A stretch of DNA of 64,000 bases. Source: Raillietiella orientalis (Eukaryota). Below are positions 23,801 through 37,975 of the stretch, piece after piece; position 1 is the first letter of the stretch, and each line of letters starts with the position of its first letter. The notes under the pieces are model-generated. The model was not told the DNA's origin. It made no database searches and worked only from the letters and a program-made list of their open reading frames with translations. The position numbers were made by a program, and so were the translations under genes. The stretch spans positions 2,914,001 through 2,978,000 of the forward strand of contig JAYWIR010000011.1 of NCBI GenBank assembly GCA_036172245.1, in the 5' to 3' direction.

Positions 23801-25597
23801 CGATGACCCAGAGGCAGTCATACATGTTTGCAATGTTGCTATGGACTGGAGGTTCAAGTTCCATAAGGATGTCGTTATCGACCTTGTCGGTTATAGGCGC
23901 AGTGGTCATAACGAAATTGATGAACCAATGTTTACACAACCTCTCATGTATCAGAAAATTCATAAAACTCGTCCAGTGCTGGAGAAATATTGTGATCAAC
24001 TAGTGAAAGAGGGTGTAGTAACTGAAGCAGAAGTAAAAACATATAAAGATAAATATGAGCGGATCTGTGAAGATGCACTGAAGGATTCCAGCAAGCTACA
24101 TCACATTGAATGGAAGGACTGGTTGGATTGCCCATGGTCTGGGTTTTTTGAAGGTCAAGATCCTTTAGCTGTGAAACCCACTGGTGTACCTGTTGAAACT
24201 CTCAAAAGAATCGGTACAAAATTTTCCTCACCACCACCTGAAGGGGCAGAATTTGTTATTCATAGAGGTAAGAAAGATCTGGAGTAATAAGTTAAAGGCA
24301 TTTAGATCTCAGGATTGGAACGTATTCTCAAAGCCCGCATGGAATTAGTTGATAAGCAGGAAGTAGACTGGGCATTGGCGGAAGCCATGGCATTTGGCTC
24401 ACTTCTTAAAGATGGAATTCATGTTCGGTTAAGTGGACAAGATGTAGAGCGTGGTACCTTTAGTCATCGACATCATGTACTCCATCATCAGCTGATTGAT
24501 AAAGCTACGTGGACGTCACTTAATCATGTGTATCCAGATCAGGATTTTTACCATGTCTGCAATAGTTCTCTGTCAGAATTTGCAGTTCTTGGATATGAAC
24601 TAGGGTATAGCATGGCTAGTCCCCAAGCTTTAGTGTTGTGGGAAGCACAGTTTGGAGACTTTTGCAATAATGCCCAGTGCATCATTGATCAGTTTCTAGC
24701 AGCTGGTCAGTCCAAATGGTTGAGACAGAGTGGCTTAGTGCTACTGCTTCCACATGGCATGGAAGGCATGGGTCCTGAACACTCAAGTTGTCGTTTAGAA
24801 CGCTTTCTTCAGATGTGTTCTGATGATCCTGGACAGATCCCAGATATCACTGAAAACCCTCCCATTAGGCAGTTGTACGATATTAACATGATTGTTGCCA
24901 ATTGCTCTACTCCAGCGAATTATTTTCATATTCTTCGCCGCCAAATTTGTCTTAGTTTTCGTAAACCTTTAATAATAGCCACCCCAAAGTCTCTTCTTCG
25001 GCATCCTGATGCTCGTTCCCACTTTGATGAAATGAAGACAGGCACAGAATTCCAAAGGTAATTTTATGGTATCAGTGGATAATTATCACTAAAAAGCTTT
25101 TTTGCAGAATGATCCCAGAAAAAGGAGAAGCAAGCAATAATGCTTCCTCTGTAAAGAGATTAGTTCTGTGTACTGGAAAAGTGTATTATGAACTTGCTAA
25201 AGAGCGCCACAAAGCACACTTAGATTCTCAAATAGCTATTGCAAGGATTGAGCAGGTACATTGATTTGATTTGATTGTTGTAATCAGGAAATGTGTGCAG
25301 ATATGTCCATTTCCATATGATTTAGTGGAAGTAGAGTTAAAAAAGTATTCAAATGCAGAAGTGTGTTGGTTACAAGAAGAACACAAAAACAGTGGTGCAT
25401 GGACATATGTACAGCCCCGAATTGAGAATCTTATGGAAAGTTCTGGACTAAAGTAAGACTAACAATGACCACTTGCTTTAAATTATTGATCAATTAGGTA
25501 CATTGGCCGTCCAGTATCTGCATCACCTGCAACTGGAAGCAAACATCAACACTTGAGAGAGCTGCAACAGTTTTTGCATGAATTTATTACTCTCTGA
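20831..25597 (+). CDS. OGDH: 2-oxoglutarate dehydrogenase E1, mitochondrial. Exons 20831-21052, 21368-21574, 21816-21918, 22697-22952, 23004-23238, 23292-23471, 23522-23702, 23758-24267, 24313-25057, 25108-25255, 25301-25452, 25498-25597
   Basis: [70 protein letters not shown] (TPP motif), [36 protein letters not shown]. All junctions are in phase; AATAAA at 25719. Confidence 0.98.
21705..21776. repeat. Perfect 23-bp inverted repeat in OGDH intron 2
   Basis: AATATTTTTCTAGTAGATATTCT (21705-21727) / AGAATATCTACTAGAAAAATATT (21754-21776). Confidence 0.95.
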
Positions 25598-25800
25598 TAT
25601 GCCTTTTTTGTAAGTTCACTTATATGATGCGATCACAGTAGTAAGATATTTGTGACATGCAGTTCATGTCACTGTAGGATTATGTCAGAGTGTTTCATGC
25701 TGAAAATAGTAAAGCAGAAATAAAAAATTTTGAATTTATAGATGACATTTTAGAAGTGAAAATATAAGAGATTCAAATCTGATGTCTTCAAAGATTTGTT

Positions 25801-27496
25801 TCATTCGATTTTCAGTTTTAGTTGATTGAGAACATTAATGCAAACGTTATCCAATTCTCCATCACCAGCAAACCCCAGATCTGTAATTGCACATCTCATG
25901 ATTTCTTCATCCTTGGAGATGATTTTCAGCATGTTCCAGCAATTGTGTGATCGTAAATTCACTTGATAACCAGCTTTAGTTAGTTGTTCTGGAAGCATCA
26001 AAATTTCCTAATGTGCAAAGTATGTTTTGGTCAACCAAAATATAAATTCAGTTACTTAATTGTGCAGTAACTGAATTTACTTTGCTTTCTTGAATGTCAC
26101 AAAGTCCTCGCGTTCATTCCTTTCAAAGTATTAGAGCACACCTTCAAGAACCTTTCCGAGTTTTTAAATACATCATACGCATTTTAATTACAAAACAAAA
26201 GATTTAGAACACTTTAAAACATTTGTAACAGGTAATGTGAATTTTGAAATAATCTCGAAAGAGTACGAGAAAGGTAATGAAACATGAACAAACTGATCCG
26301 GTGGTGCTTCAACGGCGGGTAGCAGGTGATTGATATCAGCTGTTCGAGATTTCATGGTATCTTGCAGCGACTTGAAATTAGAAAAATGTCTGCTGAAAAG
26401 TAAACTATGGCTTAAAAGCACAAAATCGGAATCGAGGAATTATTCTAAGCGAACAATTACTAAGAATTTGATAAAGGATTCCTGCAAAAAGACGAGTGAA
26501 AACGCCGAGTGCTGTGGACCATAGAGCTCGCTTTGCTATGTGAATTACAGCGTTTCAGTTTAGTTTTTCATGCTGACATATGCACATAAAAAGTGATCCT
26601 ATGGAATGTGTGTACCCATCTATGTACGTACAAATGTTTAAGTAATGCTGCTCACGTTGAAACCAGCAACATAGAAATCGAGTCGCTGGCCGAGATGCAC
26701 TATGGTTCCATTTCGGGGAGAGTAAAACTGATATGATGTTAAAACGACGCGGAGGAATTCGTACATACTCGGGGTAATTTGCATGCTTCACATTTTTCGC
26801 CAAAATGAATCAAACCCTGTTGAGAATTCGAAAGGAAATACAAGGCTTCGCTTTGCGTTTGTGAGCCAAATACGGTCACGTTTTGTTTTAAGGAAAGCAT
26901 CGTTTGTGAGGTGATTTGAATAGCGCGTAGAAAACTCCATCATCCTTTTACCACTCCTGGTTTGAGGTATAGACTGACAGCGATTTTCTGGGTTTTCCGT
27001 GCCTCCTATTAAAAGCAACCTAGCCTATTAATTACTCTTTGTAAATTTCCTGCTACAGACTCGTCTGCCACTTCATGTTGTGAATGTAAATTAACTACAT
27101 AATTTGATTTCAAAACAGGATGTCCTGAACGAAAACTTCCATGAATGAACAGAAAGATGTTTAAAGAATTTCGTTTAGATACACAACCAAACTACCCATC
27201 ACCAGCAAGTTGTAATGAAATGTACAAAAGACACATTCCAGATGGTTTCAAGCTTTATCGTGTGTTTTGTTTCTAATCACTACCGATAACAATTTAGTGT
27301 TGATTAAATAACCAATGAAATCTGACCTCGTATTTCATTAAAAAATATGCGGACTATTTGCCAGTTGCAAACGTATGTTTAACTTACAAAATATAAAATG
27401 CATACTTATAAGTCCTTCCAATCTCCAAGTGTTGTATTCGGTGATATGACGACCTGTTCGATAAGGTCCATATACTAACGTAATACTTTTTTCCAT
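25801..27496 (-). CDS. C10orf53: UPF0728 family protein (C10orf53 homolog), 92 aa. Exons 27496-27406 and 25988-25801
   Basis: MEKSITLVYGPYRTGRHITEYNTWRLEGLI|KQLTKAGYQVNLRSHNCWNMLKIISKDEEIMRCAITDLGFAGDGELDNVCINVLNQLKLKIE* parallels human V.LRYGPY...VEHHTFRLQGL...WN...CNIKDLEFGGDGKLDPLC. Phase-1 GT-AG intron; 279 nt in total. Confidence 0.92.
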
Positions 27497-27619
27497 AAGA
27501 AAAAGTTACATTTGAGCCAAATTATATACGTGCAACTCTGGATATGAAATCAAAGGATACTAAACACCAACAAGATTTTAACTATGGTAACAGAATCGAG
27601 AAAATAAAGTTTGCTCCTA

Positions 27620-29750
27620 ATGAAGTACTGGAGATTAGCAGATTCCTTGTCCAGCCAGCGAGACTATCTTTTTCATTATTTGTCAATTTGCACGGAACAC
27701 AATGGCCCCATCTCTTTTCTTAAATCTCTCTGAAGATTATCCCTGAAATCGTTCATAGCTACAAGAAATGTGGGCATTTTGGGCTGAAAGCTTTCGCTTC
27801 CCTTAATTTTTCCAGTTTCTTTTCTGGTGCTTTTTAAATCATTTTTGGTCTTTAGTTATTTCGACTATAAAAGCTACGTAGGTGGAGCACTATACTATTC
27901 ATACACTTGTATATTCATTCTCCAAATATATGAATCCAAACTGCATTTTACTAGGCAATATTTAGTGATTATTTGGCAACTCATCGCATATTGGTAATCA
28001 TATGCAGTTGCGTTGCATTCCTCTTTAGGTCTTGAACTCCTGAGCTGTTTTCTGCATGATAGCGATTCACTAAGAATCGAGATCTGGTGCATATTACTTC
28101 AGTGTCATTGTTTATAAATCATCGAATATGAGTATGCAGATTTATTGTATCATTTAGATAAGACGCTAACTTGCTTTCGATATACTTTGCATGCCCGAGC
28201 ATCTGTTTTGCAACCTAGAACGCCTTCAATTTTAATGTTTTGGTAGTCGCCTCCTCAATTTCAGATCAGTGTCATATTAATTTTTGATTTCTTCTTTTTC
28301 AAATCATAAGTTTCGAACTCCCTTCTGTCTGTTAAACAAATGATCATAAAATAAATTTATGATACTTGGTTTTAGAAAACACTCCTGTAGTTACGGTAGA
28401 TTTTGCCATTCTTCAGCTAACGTTTCGAAATAACATGTGAAACACATTTATAATTAAATTTCCTGATAGCTGTTGACTAAGTAATTAAAGTTTCCTCCTG
28501 TTTGTGTATGTCAGAATTAGTGTGGAATGCAGATATTTGTACCGATGTAGATTCATAGTCATTGAACGATATAACCATGGACGAGGATTTTAAAAAGTTT
28601 AGCTGTGGTTTTCAGTAAAGAAGTTTCTACAGCCGAGTTCGCAAATCCACAGCCAATAATCGACATGAACAATACCATTCACAGGGATCAAAATCAATAC
28701 CTCAACTATCGTCGAAAGATACACCACAACACTTATGGTGTATCTTTGTGATTGTCCTTATTTTTAAATTATTGTTGCAACCAGATTGTAGCATAATTTT
28801 TCTAATTGAAACAATTGAAGTTTTATAATTAAAAAAGTCATGGGCTTGTACTCTGACGAATTTGAACTTTCGTCGCCATGAGTTGAAGTCCAGATTCATC
28901 CTTCACGCTTTCGACATTTGAAATTCCAGGACACTGTTACCGATATTCAGTATATTCAAAAGAAAATTCTCCTTTGATTTTCATTTAGAGCGTTTGCGGA
29001 TACTTAGCAAAATATCCAAATAAGTGAACTCAAACCTTGTTCATTTGATTACGTTTACGAATATTATCATCACACTTACAGTAACCAAACGACCATGCTG
29101 CAAACCAAACTCTATTTGAAAACATCATGATAGCCATCACCGCTGTAGCCGATTATTCTTCAGCAAAAAGCATGCGAATTAATATTAATTCTCTTTCAAA
29201 GTAGGAATTTTATTGTTTGCTCTCAATTGGCATCCCCCTTTAAAATCAAAACATTAAACATCAGTTATTAATGAGCATTAATCAAAACTAATTAAAGTTG
29301 GAACTAATAAGAATTAATCGCAGCTTGTAGACACTTGTTTCCCTTTCAAAGGTATGATACATCTTCATTGTTTTTTCTCCTGAAATATTTAAAATGTCGC
29401 TACAGTTACAATTTCACTGAAACTGAAGCCTGCCACATTATAGTCAACAAGGTGTGCTTATGTATCGTTACTCTGCAACATATTCCAAGTATGCTCTGAC
29501 ATTTGGGGAAACTGTTAGGAAGAAAACGTATCTTTGCTTTGCAAGAATCTTTGCTTTTCAAAGGAAATTCGTAGGTAAATTATTAAGATTTGGTTATTCT
29601 CTCTCTTTGACCTGATGTCTATCATTGACTTTTTCTCCTGTTTTTACAAAAATTATTATGAATATGGTAGAAATCAGCAGAGGAGCATGTGATTTGAAAA
29701 CAGAATGTTACAAAGAAAACTACCTATAAAAATGAAGCTTCATAAAATTC
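27620..29750 (-). mobile_element. Possible very old hAT-like DNA transposase fossil
   Basis: Scattered ordered remnants IIGYSGDGYH (~29150), GFANS (~28640), CLVKCSLDS...VYE (~27930) and MGP (~27705); many stops and no TIRs seen. Confidence 0.35.
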
Positions 29751-31666
29751 TGACTGGACAATTATGCAACAACTAATTCTCTTTTTTAAGTAAAAAGTAT
29801 TTACGAATAAAAAAGTTAAGAACATGAGATTAGGATCTTTAAAATCTTACAATTGCATCAAGACTGTAGCTCTCCTGAAGTTATCCGAAGCCTGACTTGG
29901 CACAAAAGCAAGAATTCTTATTCCAGATATAATCTGTACTACACGGATGGATTATGGGAAAAATAGATTCAAATAAGTGGCAATTGCGATCTCGAAATCT
30001 TCTGATCCTTAATGTTCTGAGAATGTCTTGAACAGTCTTTGATTTACCCGTTCAATTATTGACATGCTTTCTATCGAATATTACAGTTTCAGTTGAAAAA
30101 TGCATACGATGGACATCTGATAATTCATTATGCTTTGACATAAAAGTTCAGAGCAAAAGGAACTCGTTACATTTTGCCTTGATTTCAAATTTGAGTCATT
30201 CATGCCAGAGTTATATAGAAAACGATTTCGGGTTCTTCAATATATTTTCTGCAAACGATTTCCTCATATTTCTTATATCTTTAAAGTCCAAATAGTTTTC
30301 CTTTTTTAAGAAAGCTATAAAAAATGCTCATCATCAGCATCTACATGTATCGTATAATTAAAATGAATGATGGATAATTTTTTTTCTTTTACTTTGTTAT
30401 AAGGATAGGTGGAAAGCATGATGATGTTCATTTCTTCAGGCTGTTTTTCATTGCGAAATTAGAAGTCGAATATTCAGAACGCGAAGAACTATGTTAATTT
30501 ATGGCATTAGAAGCATTTCAAACAAGCATTAAGTTATAAAGAGATATGAAATTCTATTTAAATCCTTTCAAATTATATTAACCTGAGAAAATGCCTTTTG
30601 TCTACCGGTAAAATGAAACACAATTTATTATAAATAAAAATTAAGAACGATACGAAAATCATGTAATTTTCTGTCTGGGATTTCTAAACATAACGGTCCA
30701 AGGGAATTAACTATGCAAAATAAAGTTTATATTGCTGGCATAACGGAAAAATAACATGCGTCTGATGTTCTGCAATATCCTCAGCATCTTAATGACAAAG
30801 TGATGTTTGTTAATTATAGAATTGCAAATTAGTGAGAAGGAACACAAATTAGTCAATAGTCACGCTTACACTGATGGTCATGAATCTCCTGAGAAGTATA
30901 AGGACGAGATCAGCTTATTCACAAGAGATCGTAAAAATATAGCTCTGATATTTTTTATGCATTTAATGACAAAATCTTAAAATCATTTTTCAAAGTTCTA
31001 GACATCTTTACTTTTACTGAAACAGAATGCTATAAAGAGAAGTTGGGGAAATTTCCTTCGAAAATTTGTATCACTCTTTTTCATCTTTTATTTACTAATA
31101 AATAAGCAGTAAGTAGGAAAGGTATAGAATATATTGATGAAGTTGTAACTGACATAAATGTAAGAATGCTCATTATTTCCGTAACACTTGTGTTTTTTTC
31201 ATGTTTTTCTCACTATGATTTGTTTCCCTATAATGTTACCTCTGCCAAAAAAAAAGATTGGCAACATATTTTTCATAATACCTGTAATTTCTAAAGAGCT
31301 AGGTTGCTATTTAATGAGTAGTGTTTTTAATGTAATCTTGTGTTTTGTTATAAGTTTTGCATTTTCCCCACTCCTATTAATGCCCTTAGAATATTAAAAA
31401 TATTATGAATTTCGTTCGCTGCAACATATAAAACAAGCCTAATTTTTCACCTCAACTACAAAACTTTCTTTTTATCAGAATGTAGTAATTTTTTATGCTT
31501 GTGAAGTTTCTGGAGACTTACTTTTCTCTAATATCATCATTCGTGGAAAATGAGTACTTTTAGGGTACTGAAATCTTTATTCTGCAAATTGAACTTGGTA
31601 TCCCGGTATTAAGTGTAACTTTAAGAGCTTGCTCGTGTTACTTTGGTATTCTGCGGTGGAGGAACG

Positions 31667-34600
31667 ATGAATATCACTTCTGCAGGTATTTTCTAAAAAT
31701 GTGACCAGATGCAATTTTTAAGTACTAATGTTTGCTTTGCTTTTCTCATACTAACTGGATTATCTTCTTATGATTTCATTTAATTGTTTGTAAGTTATAG
31801 CGTAATCCCAACAATCTACTTGCAATGTGTGCATAATATTTGCATGAGATTTATAAATCAACATGCATGTTTTTTGTTTTTCTTTTTTAGCGGGAATTAT
31901 TTCATTATTGGATGAGCCTGAAGATGAGATAAAAATTTTTGCGATACAGAAACTGAATGATATCGTAAACGACTTTTGGCCGGAAATTTCAGATGCTGTC
32001 ACTAAAATGTGCGTAGCCAATGTTTTTCTTTATATATACATAATTTACATCTGCGAATAAGGTTTCCTACTTTTTAAAGTTCCACTGGCTTCACTGATGA
32101 TTTGCATGTTTTCACCAAATATAATGGATATAATATAATTTGATCCTAGCCTCAACATGCAATTTAATTGTTTAAGCCATGAAATCGTGTGTTTAGGAAG
32201 GTAGATAAGTAAAAAACGTTACATAATAACGTTAAAATTATGTAAGTTTATGCCAAAATATATTTGTATTAATTAATTAAATAATATTAACAATTATAAG
32301 ACACAAAATATTTTAATTCCAAATTATTTTAGAATGAATTAAAATAAATAAATCTTCATTACTACATAAAAATAACTAATTAATCCAAACACTTTAAAGA
32401 TACAACTTAAAATCTCTACCTCATTCTAATTACTACTACTTCACTTAAACCATTACTATGTTTCACTCATAAACTTTGGAAAACCAACATTAACTTAAAA
32501 TTAAAATCTTATAATATCTCCAAATTACACTAACCGAATAATCTATTACTAAACATACTTCTCATACTAACATATCCAAATTCAACTATACCCCCTCCTG
32601 CAAGGAAAATCAAAAATATGAATCATAATCTTTAATAATCCTACAATCCTTGTAGTATATAATCCTAATCAATGAGACATCAGTTTTTCAAATTCATTTT
32701 TAGTAGGACAAGCAGTTTATACCACGTGGCTACACATTCATTCTCTTATATATCACAGAAGCTTTTTAGGCAATGCTAATTCCAGAAACATTGAATTTTC
32801 GGATTCCTGCAGTACTCAATTTATACAGGGCTGAATTGAATACAAGTGATTCAATGACTGTGTGCATCTTGCAGACATAGCACAGTAGAGTATATGTGCT
32901 CATCAATTAAACGTCTTTTCTACATACAGTTGGGAAGTTTGATTAGAGATTTGTTAGTGATTAGGAGGGTCCTGAACATCAAGTGCAAGTTGGTGACTAC
33001 ATTATTGTGAATTATGAAACATTATTATGAATATTGTGAATTAGGGAGGCAGTGATACCTTACTGTTTGAGAATGTACTGTTTTATTTTGAATTACAAAT
33101 CTTAACTTACATAGATATACTTAAATAGAGCTATTATATTAGAGGATGTTTGAAAATTGGAAGCAGTCTGATCATTATCTTTGGTTAAATAGGGATGGTT
33201 GGCATCTGCATTCATTTTGTTTTTCTCCTTCAGTGTTTCATGAGCAGTTATTATTTTAAATTTCCTCTAATGATTAAAGATAAATGGCTAAACTGGAGTA
33301 TTGAAGATGAATCAATAGAAGCAAAAGTTAATTTTATATCTTAATTTCAATTGTGTTTTAGTGAAATCCTTAATGAGGATTGCAACTTTAAGGAAAGAGA
33401 ATTAGCTTCTTTGGTTGCCAGTAAAGTTTATTATCACTTGGGTTCATATAATGATTCACTTACTTATGCCCTTGGAGCTGGTAGTCTGTTTGACATTACA
33501 TCTTCATCTGAATATGTGGACACTATTGTAGGTAATTATGAAACCTTTTTAATTAGAAGAGAATTTTTTTTGTTCTCCTAGCAAAATGCATTGATTTTTA
33601 CATTTCACAAAGATTAAAGGAAGTTGATGGGGAAGTTGTGAATATTGATTCCCGACTTGAGGCAATCGTGAATCAGATGTTACAGCGTTGCTTTGACCAT
33701 AAACAGTATAAGCATGCCTTAGGAATCGCATTAGAAACACATCGTATGGATATATTCGAACGATCCATCTTAGAATCGGTAAAAGTCATTAGGAAACATG
33801 TTTTAAAATGATCAAAATTCATTTTCCTCTAATCTAAATCTTAGGATGATATCACAGGGATGCTGCTATATGCTTTCAAAGTTACGATGTCCTTGATAGA
33901 TAATTTAAACTTCAGAAACAAAATTCTGAGATGCTTAGTGGGATTGTATCAGAGTTTGAAAATTCCTGATTATGTTAACATGTGCCAGTGTCTGATATTT
34001 TTGGATGATCCACTTACTGTAGCAGAAGTGATAGATACATTGTGTAAGGATGATGAGGTAAATGAAACACTTAATAGAGTAAACATCTAATTGTTGTAAT
34101 AACATATTTGTAAAAAGCATTTGGAATTTTAAAGATGTTGAATTTATATTCATGTAGGATAGTGCTCTAATGGCTTATCAAATTGCTTTTGATTTATATG
34201 AAAGTGCAACACAGCAGTTTCTTTCTCGGATATTAAAAGCATTGAGAACCACAGCACCAATACCATCTGCAGGTAAGCATTATGCTAAACTATGTCTTTG
34301 TTGCTGTAAGTTAATCTGATGACTAGTTTGGTTTGGTTGCAAGTTTTTTTCTGCAGGTGTGAAAGGCACCGTTTGTTTAAAAATTAATTATTAATCCGTT
34401 GTCAGTGATTCCATGATGCTTTCTAGTTGGAAAAGGAGTTGCAGTCGATAATGTCCAGCCCATGGATTCTGATGCTGTTTCTACTGAAACTCTGATAGAG
34501 AAAAAGAGAGAACACCTTGTAAGCATTTCAAATTTTTGTCTGTTAAGTTGAGTGAGTGTTTTTTTCAATTGCCTTTTATGAGCAAATTAATTTGCCACAT

Positions 34601-37600
34601 TCATTCTAGAGAAACAGAGGTATAATTTCTAATTGATCCCAAATCCTCAATGGTAAAGGTGATACACATTTGGTTTTCCGAGTAAATTATCTCTTAGATG
34701 AATTTGCTTAATTCACTGCAGGAACTGTTTTTACTTAATAGGCTTTGTTTCAGTTGATCATGCAAGCTGAGTTTCAGGAAAACAAAACATGCCTGTTTTC
34801 TATTCATAATTAATGGTTTTTGTGAATTGTTTCACATACCTTGTGCTTATGCTCTTGCAAATCAACCACAATTCACAACGTTTTAAGTTAAAAACTCCTT
34901 TGTACACTTACAATTTTATTGCCATGAATCATCAGTGTTTTCTTTACCAAGGGATGCAAAAATTGTGGTTTATTTGCGATTTATTGTCAGGTAACAAGAC
35001 AAGCTTGTTAAATTCCATGTGCTTCAGTCCTGCGCAGAATCTGGTTTTTGCATCACAAATTTTAATTATTTATTTTGATATCAGTATTTTTTTCCATTAA
35101 ATTCTCAGTGCAGAGAATTATATATTTTGGTATGTTAATTCTATGAGCATTGGGTGGTTTCTCTTTCAATTCCACTAACATTGTGCCCCTTACTTTAGCA
35201 AGTTCTTATTTTTGATTTCATTTAACAAATTGAAATCAATCAGTTTCTTTTGGTATCTTCCCTTGTTATTAAGAGATGTTGCAATGAGTGTGGTTTCTGT
35301 AATTAAGGTTGTTTGGTTTGCAAATACATGATCTAAAATATTCTTTGAATTTAATTGATAGTCTTTATGTATTTATCAATTAAATTCAAAGAATATTTTA
35401 GATAAATTTTGAATGCTTGCAGGAATTGGTTTTTGGCTTTATTAATGTATGAAAGTTTTTGGAAAAAATTTTCACAATTTCCATGAACTGGTCATTTAAA
35501 TTATATTGTTCTAAGTGCATATCTTAAATGCATTTTTGTTTTTAATTTCCTTTGTAGCGGTAATAATGTTTATTTTTGCACTTAAATATATATACTTTGC
35601 ATTAATTCACAGAATGACAAAGAAAAACAGCATCAAGATCATCTAGAGAAAGTTAGTAGCATCTTATCTGGTGTGATATCTATTAATCTGCATCTTCAAT
35701 TTTTAATTCGCAATAATAAAACTGATATGCTTATCTTGAAAAATACCAAAGATAGTGTGCGTGTATCTGTATGTCATACAGCCACTATAATAGCCAATGG
35801 ATTTATGCATTTTGGTACAACTTCTGATCAGTTCTTGAGGTAAGAATTAGTATTAGTCATAGAAATGTGGTTGTTGGGCTTATTGGTGGAATGTAATAAA
35901 ATGAAAATTGAAATCTGAGTTTGTTTGGGATTTTTACAGCATTTGGTATTTTGTTTGAAAGCTTTTTTTTCCCAAAAAAAATTGGAGTGATGTTTTAAGT
36001 TCAAGTGATTCCCGGAAAACAGATTTTAATATAATTTTTGCTATACCAGAGATAATTTAGACTGGCTTGCTAGAGCAACAAATTGGGCAAAATTTACAGC
36101 AACAGCATCTTTGGGTGTTATCCATCATGGGCATGAGAAGGAAGCTCTTCAATTAATGCAGTCATATTTGCCTAGAGACTCAGCTAATTCATCTGGTTAT
36201 TCAGAAGGTGGTGCATTATATGCACTTGGTCTGATTTATGCAAACCATGGGATGGCCATTATAGATTATCTTATGAATCAGTTAAAGGATGCCCAAAATG
36301 AAGTTAGTCCTTTATAGACATTGCTTTCATCAGTGCTTATAGATTGTTCGTCATGGTGGATGCTTAGGTTTAGGATTAGCTGCTATTGGTACACATCAAC
36401 AAGATATATATGAACAGCTAAAATTCAACCTATATCAAGACGAGGCTGTAACAGGAGAAGCAGCTGGAATTGCAATGGGCTTAGTGATGCTAGGTTCCAA
36501 GTCCTCTCAAGCTGTTGAAGATATGGTGGCAGTAAGTTTTTTGTTTTGTTCTTAAGACCATATAACAAAAGATAATGTGTAGTATGCCCAAGAAACCCAA
36601 CATGAGAAAATTTTGCGTGGTCTAGCTATTGGCATTGCATTAGTAATGTATGGAACTTCTGAAGAAGCCGATTCACTCATTGCAAATCTTTGCCATGATA
36701 AGGATCCTATTTTACGCCGCTCTGCAATGTATACAATAGCCATGGCTTATTGTGGAACTGGCAATAACCAAGCTATCAAAAAACTGCTTCATTTAGCGGT
36801 AATACTGTTTGTGCATATTGTGATATTTTTAGAATACTTTTGTTAGGTGTCTGATGTGAATGATGATGTGAGACGTGCAGCTGTAGAAGCTTTGGGATTT
36901 TTATTGTTTCGTACACCAGAGCAGTGCCCAAGCATCGTTTCTTTATTATCCGAGAGTTATAATCCTCATGTTCGTTATGGTGCAGCTATGGCCTTAGGGA
37001 TTGCATGTGCAGGAACCGGATTAAAAGAAGCTATCTCTTTGCTTGAACCTATGATTAATGATCCAGTTAGTTATGTTCGCCAGGGAGCACTCATTGCATC
37101 AGCACTTGTATTGGTGCAACAGACGGAACTGTTATCTTCGAAAGTGAAAGAATTCCGATCTATCTATGCAAAAGTCATCTCTGATAAGCATGAAGATGTC
37201 ATGGCAAAATTCGGTGCTATTTTGGCTCAAGGAATAATTGATGCTGGTGGACGCAATGTCACTGTCACTTTGCAGTCACGAACAGGCCACACAAATATGA
37301 TTTCTGTGATAGGCATGTTAATTTTCACACAGTTTTGGTTTTGGTTCCCTTTATCTCATTTTCTATCCTTGTCATTTGATCCCACTTGTTTAATTGGATT
37401 AAATTCCGATCTCAAAATGCCGAAAATGGAACTTCGCTCTAATGCTAGACCTTCACTGTTCACTTATCCTCCACCATTGGAAGAGAAAAAGAAAGAAGAG
37501 CGCGAAAAAGTAACTACAGCTGTTCTTAGCATAACAGCAAAAGCAAAAAAAAGAGAAGCTGAAAAACGCAAGGAAGAACAAATGGAAGTAGATGTGAAAG

Positions 37601-37905
37601 AGACGGATAAGAAAGTAAAAGAAGAAAAGACTGAAGAAAAGAAGGAACCTGAGCCAGGATATAGCTTAATTAGTAATCCTGCAAGAGTTATGAAACAGCA
37701 ATTAAAGTATATTACCATGCAGGAGGATGCAAAATATATGCCACTAAAGGATTTAACTATTGGTGGCATCGTTATGTTAAAGCATATGCAATCTGCAGTG
37801 CCAGAGGAGTTTGTAGAGCCAGTGATTCCCGTAGGAGTGAAAGTTGCGGAAGAAGAGGGTCCTGAGCCTGAACCCCCTGAACCATTTGAATATATTGATG
37901 ATTAA
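31667..37905 (+). CDS. PSMD1: 26S proteasome non-ATPase regulatory subunit 1 (Rpn2). Exons 31667-31685, 31891-32008, 33362-33531, 33582-33778, 33845-34057, 34158-34272, 34427-34518, 35613-35839, 36050-36302, 36343-36531, 36583-36798, 36847-37905
   Basis: [51 protein letters not shown] repeats, [31 protein letters not shown] and C-terminal [10 protein letters not shown]; junctions in phase. Confidence 0.98.
32230..32675 (-). other. Probable decayed mitochondrial insertion (NUMT), nad5 3'-end-like, in PSMD1 intron 2
   Basis: Abrupt AT-rich block with strong C-over-G skew on +. The - strand in invertebrate mitochondrial code gives LAGGGMVEFGY...LFG*CNLEML...KHSNGLSE, reminiscent of nad5 FFGSMWNL...K..D.GW.E. 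Confidence 0.45.
35331..35403. repeat. Perfect 30-bp inverted repeat, 13-nt loop, in a PSMD1 intron
   Basis: ATCTAAAATATTCTTTGAATTTAATTGATA (35331-35360) / TATCAATTAAATTCAAAGAATATTTTAGAT (35374-35403). Confidence 0.97.
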
Positions 37906-37975
37906 ACCATTATTCTGTGTATTTTTACTACGTTTTATAATCTTTATTCAAACAGCACTTCATAATCAGAATTCA

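Noticed and set aside
34357..34370. Candidate PSMD1 micro-exon after a strong TTTTTTCTGCAG acceptor
   Set aside because: The GT donor frameshifts the next exon and the in-frame GC donor lacks consensus.
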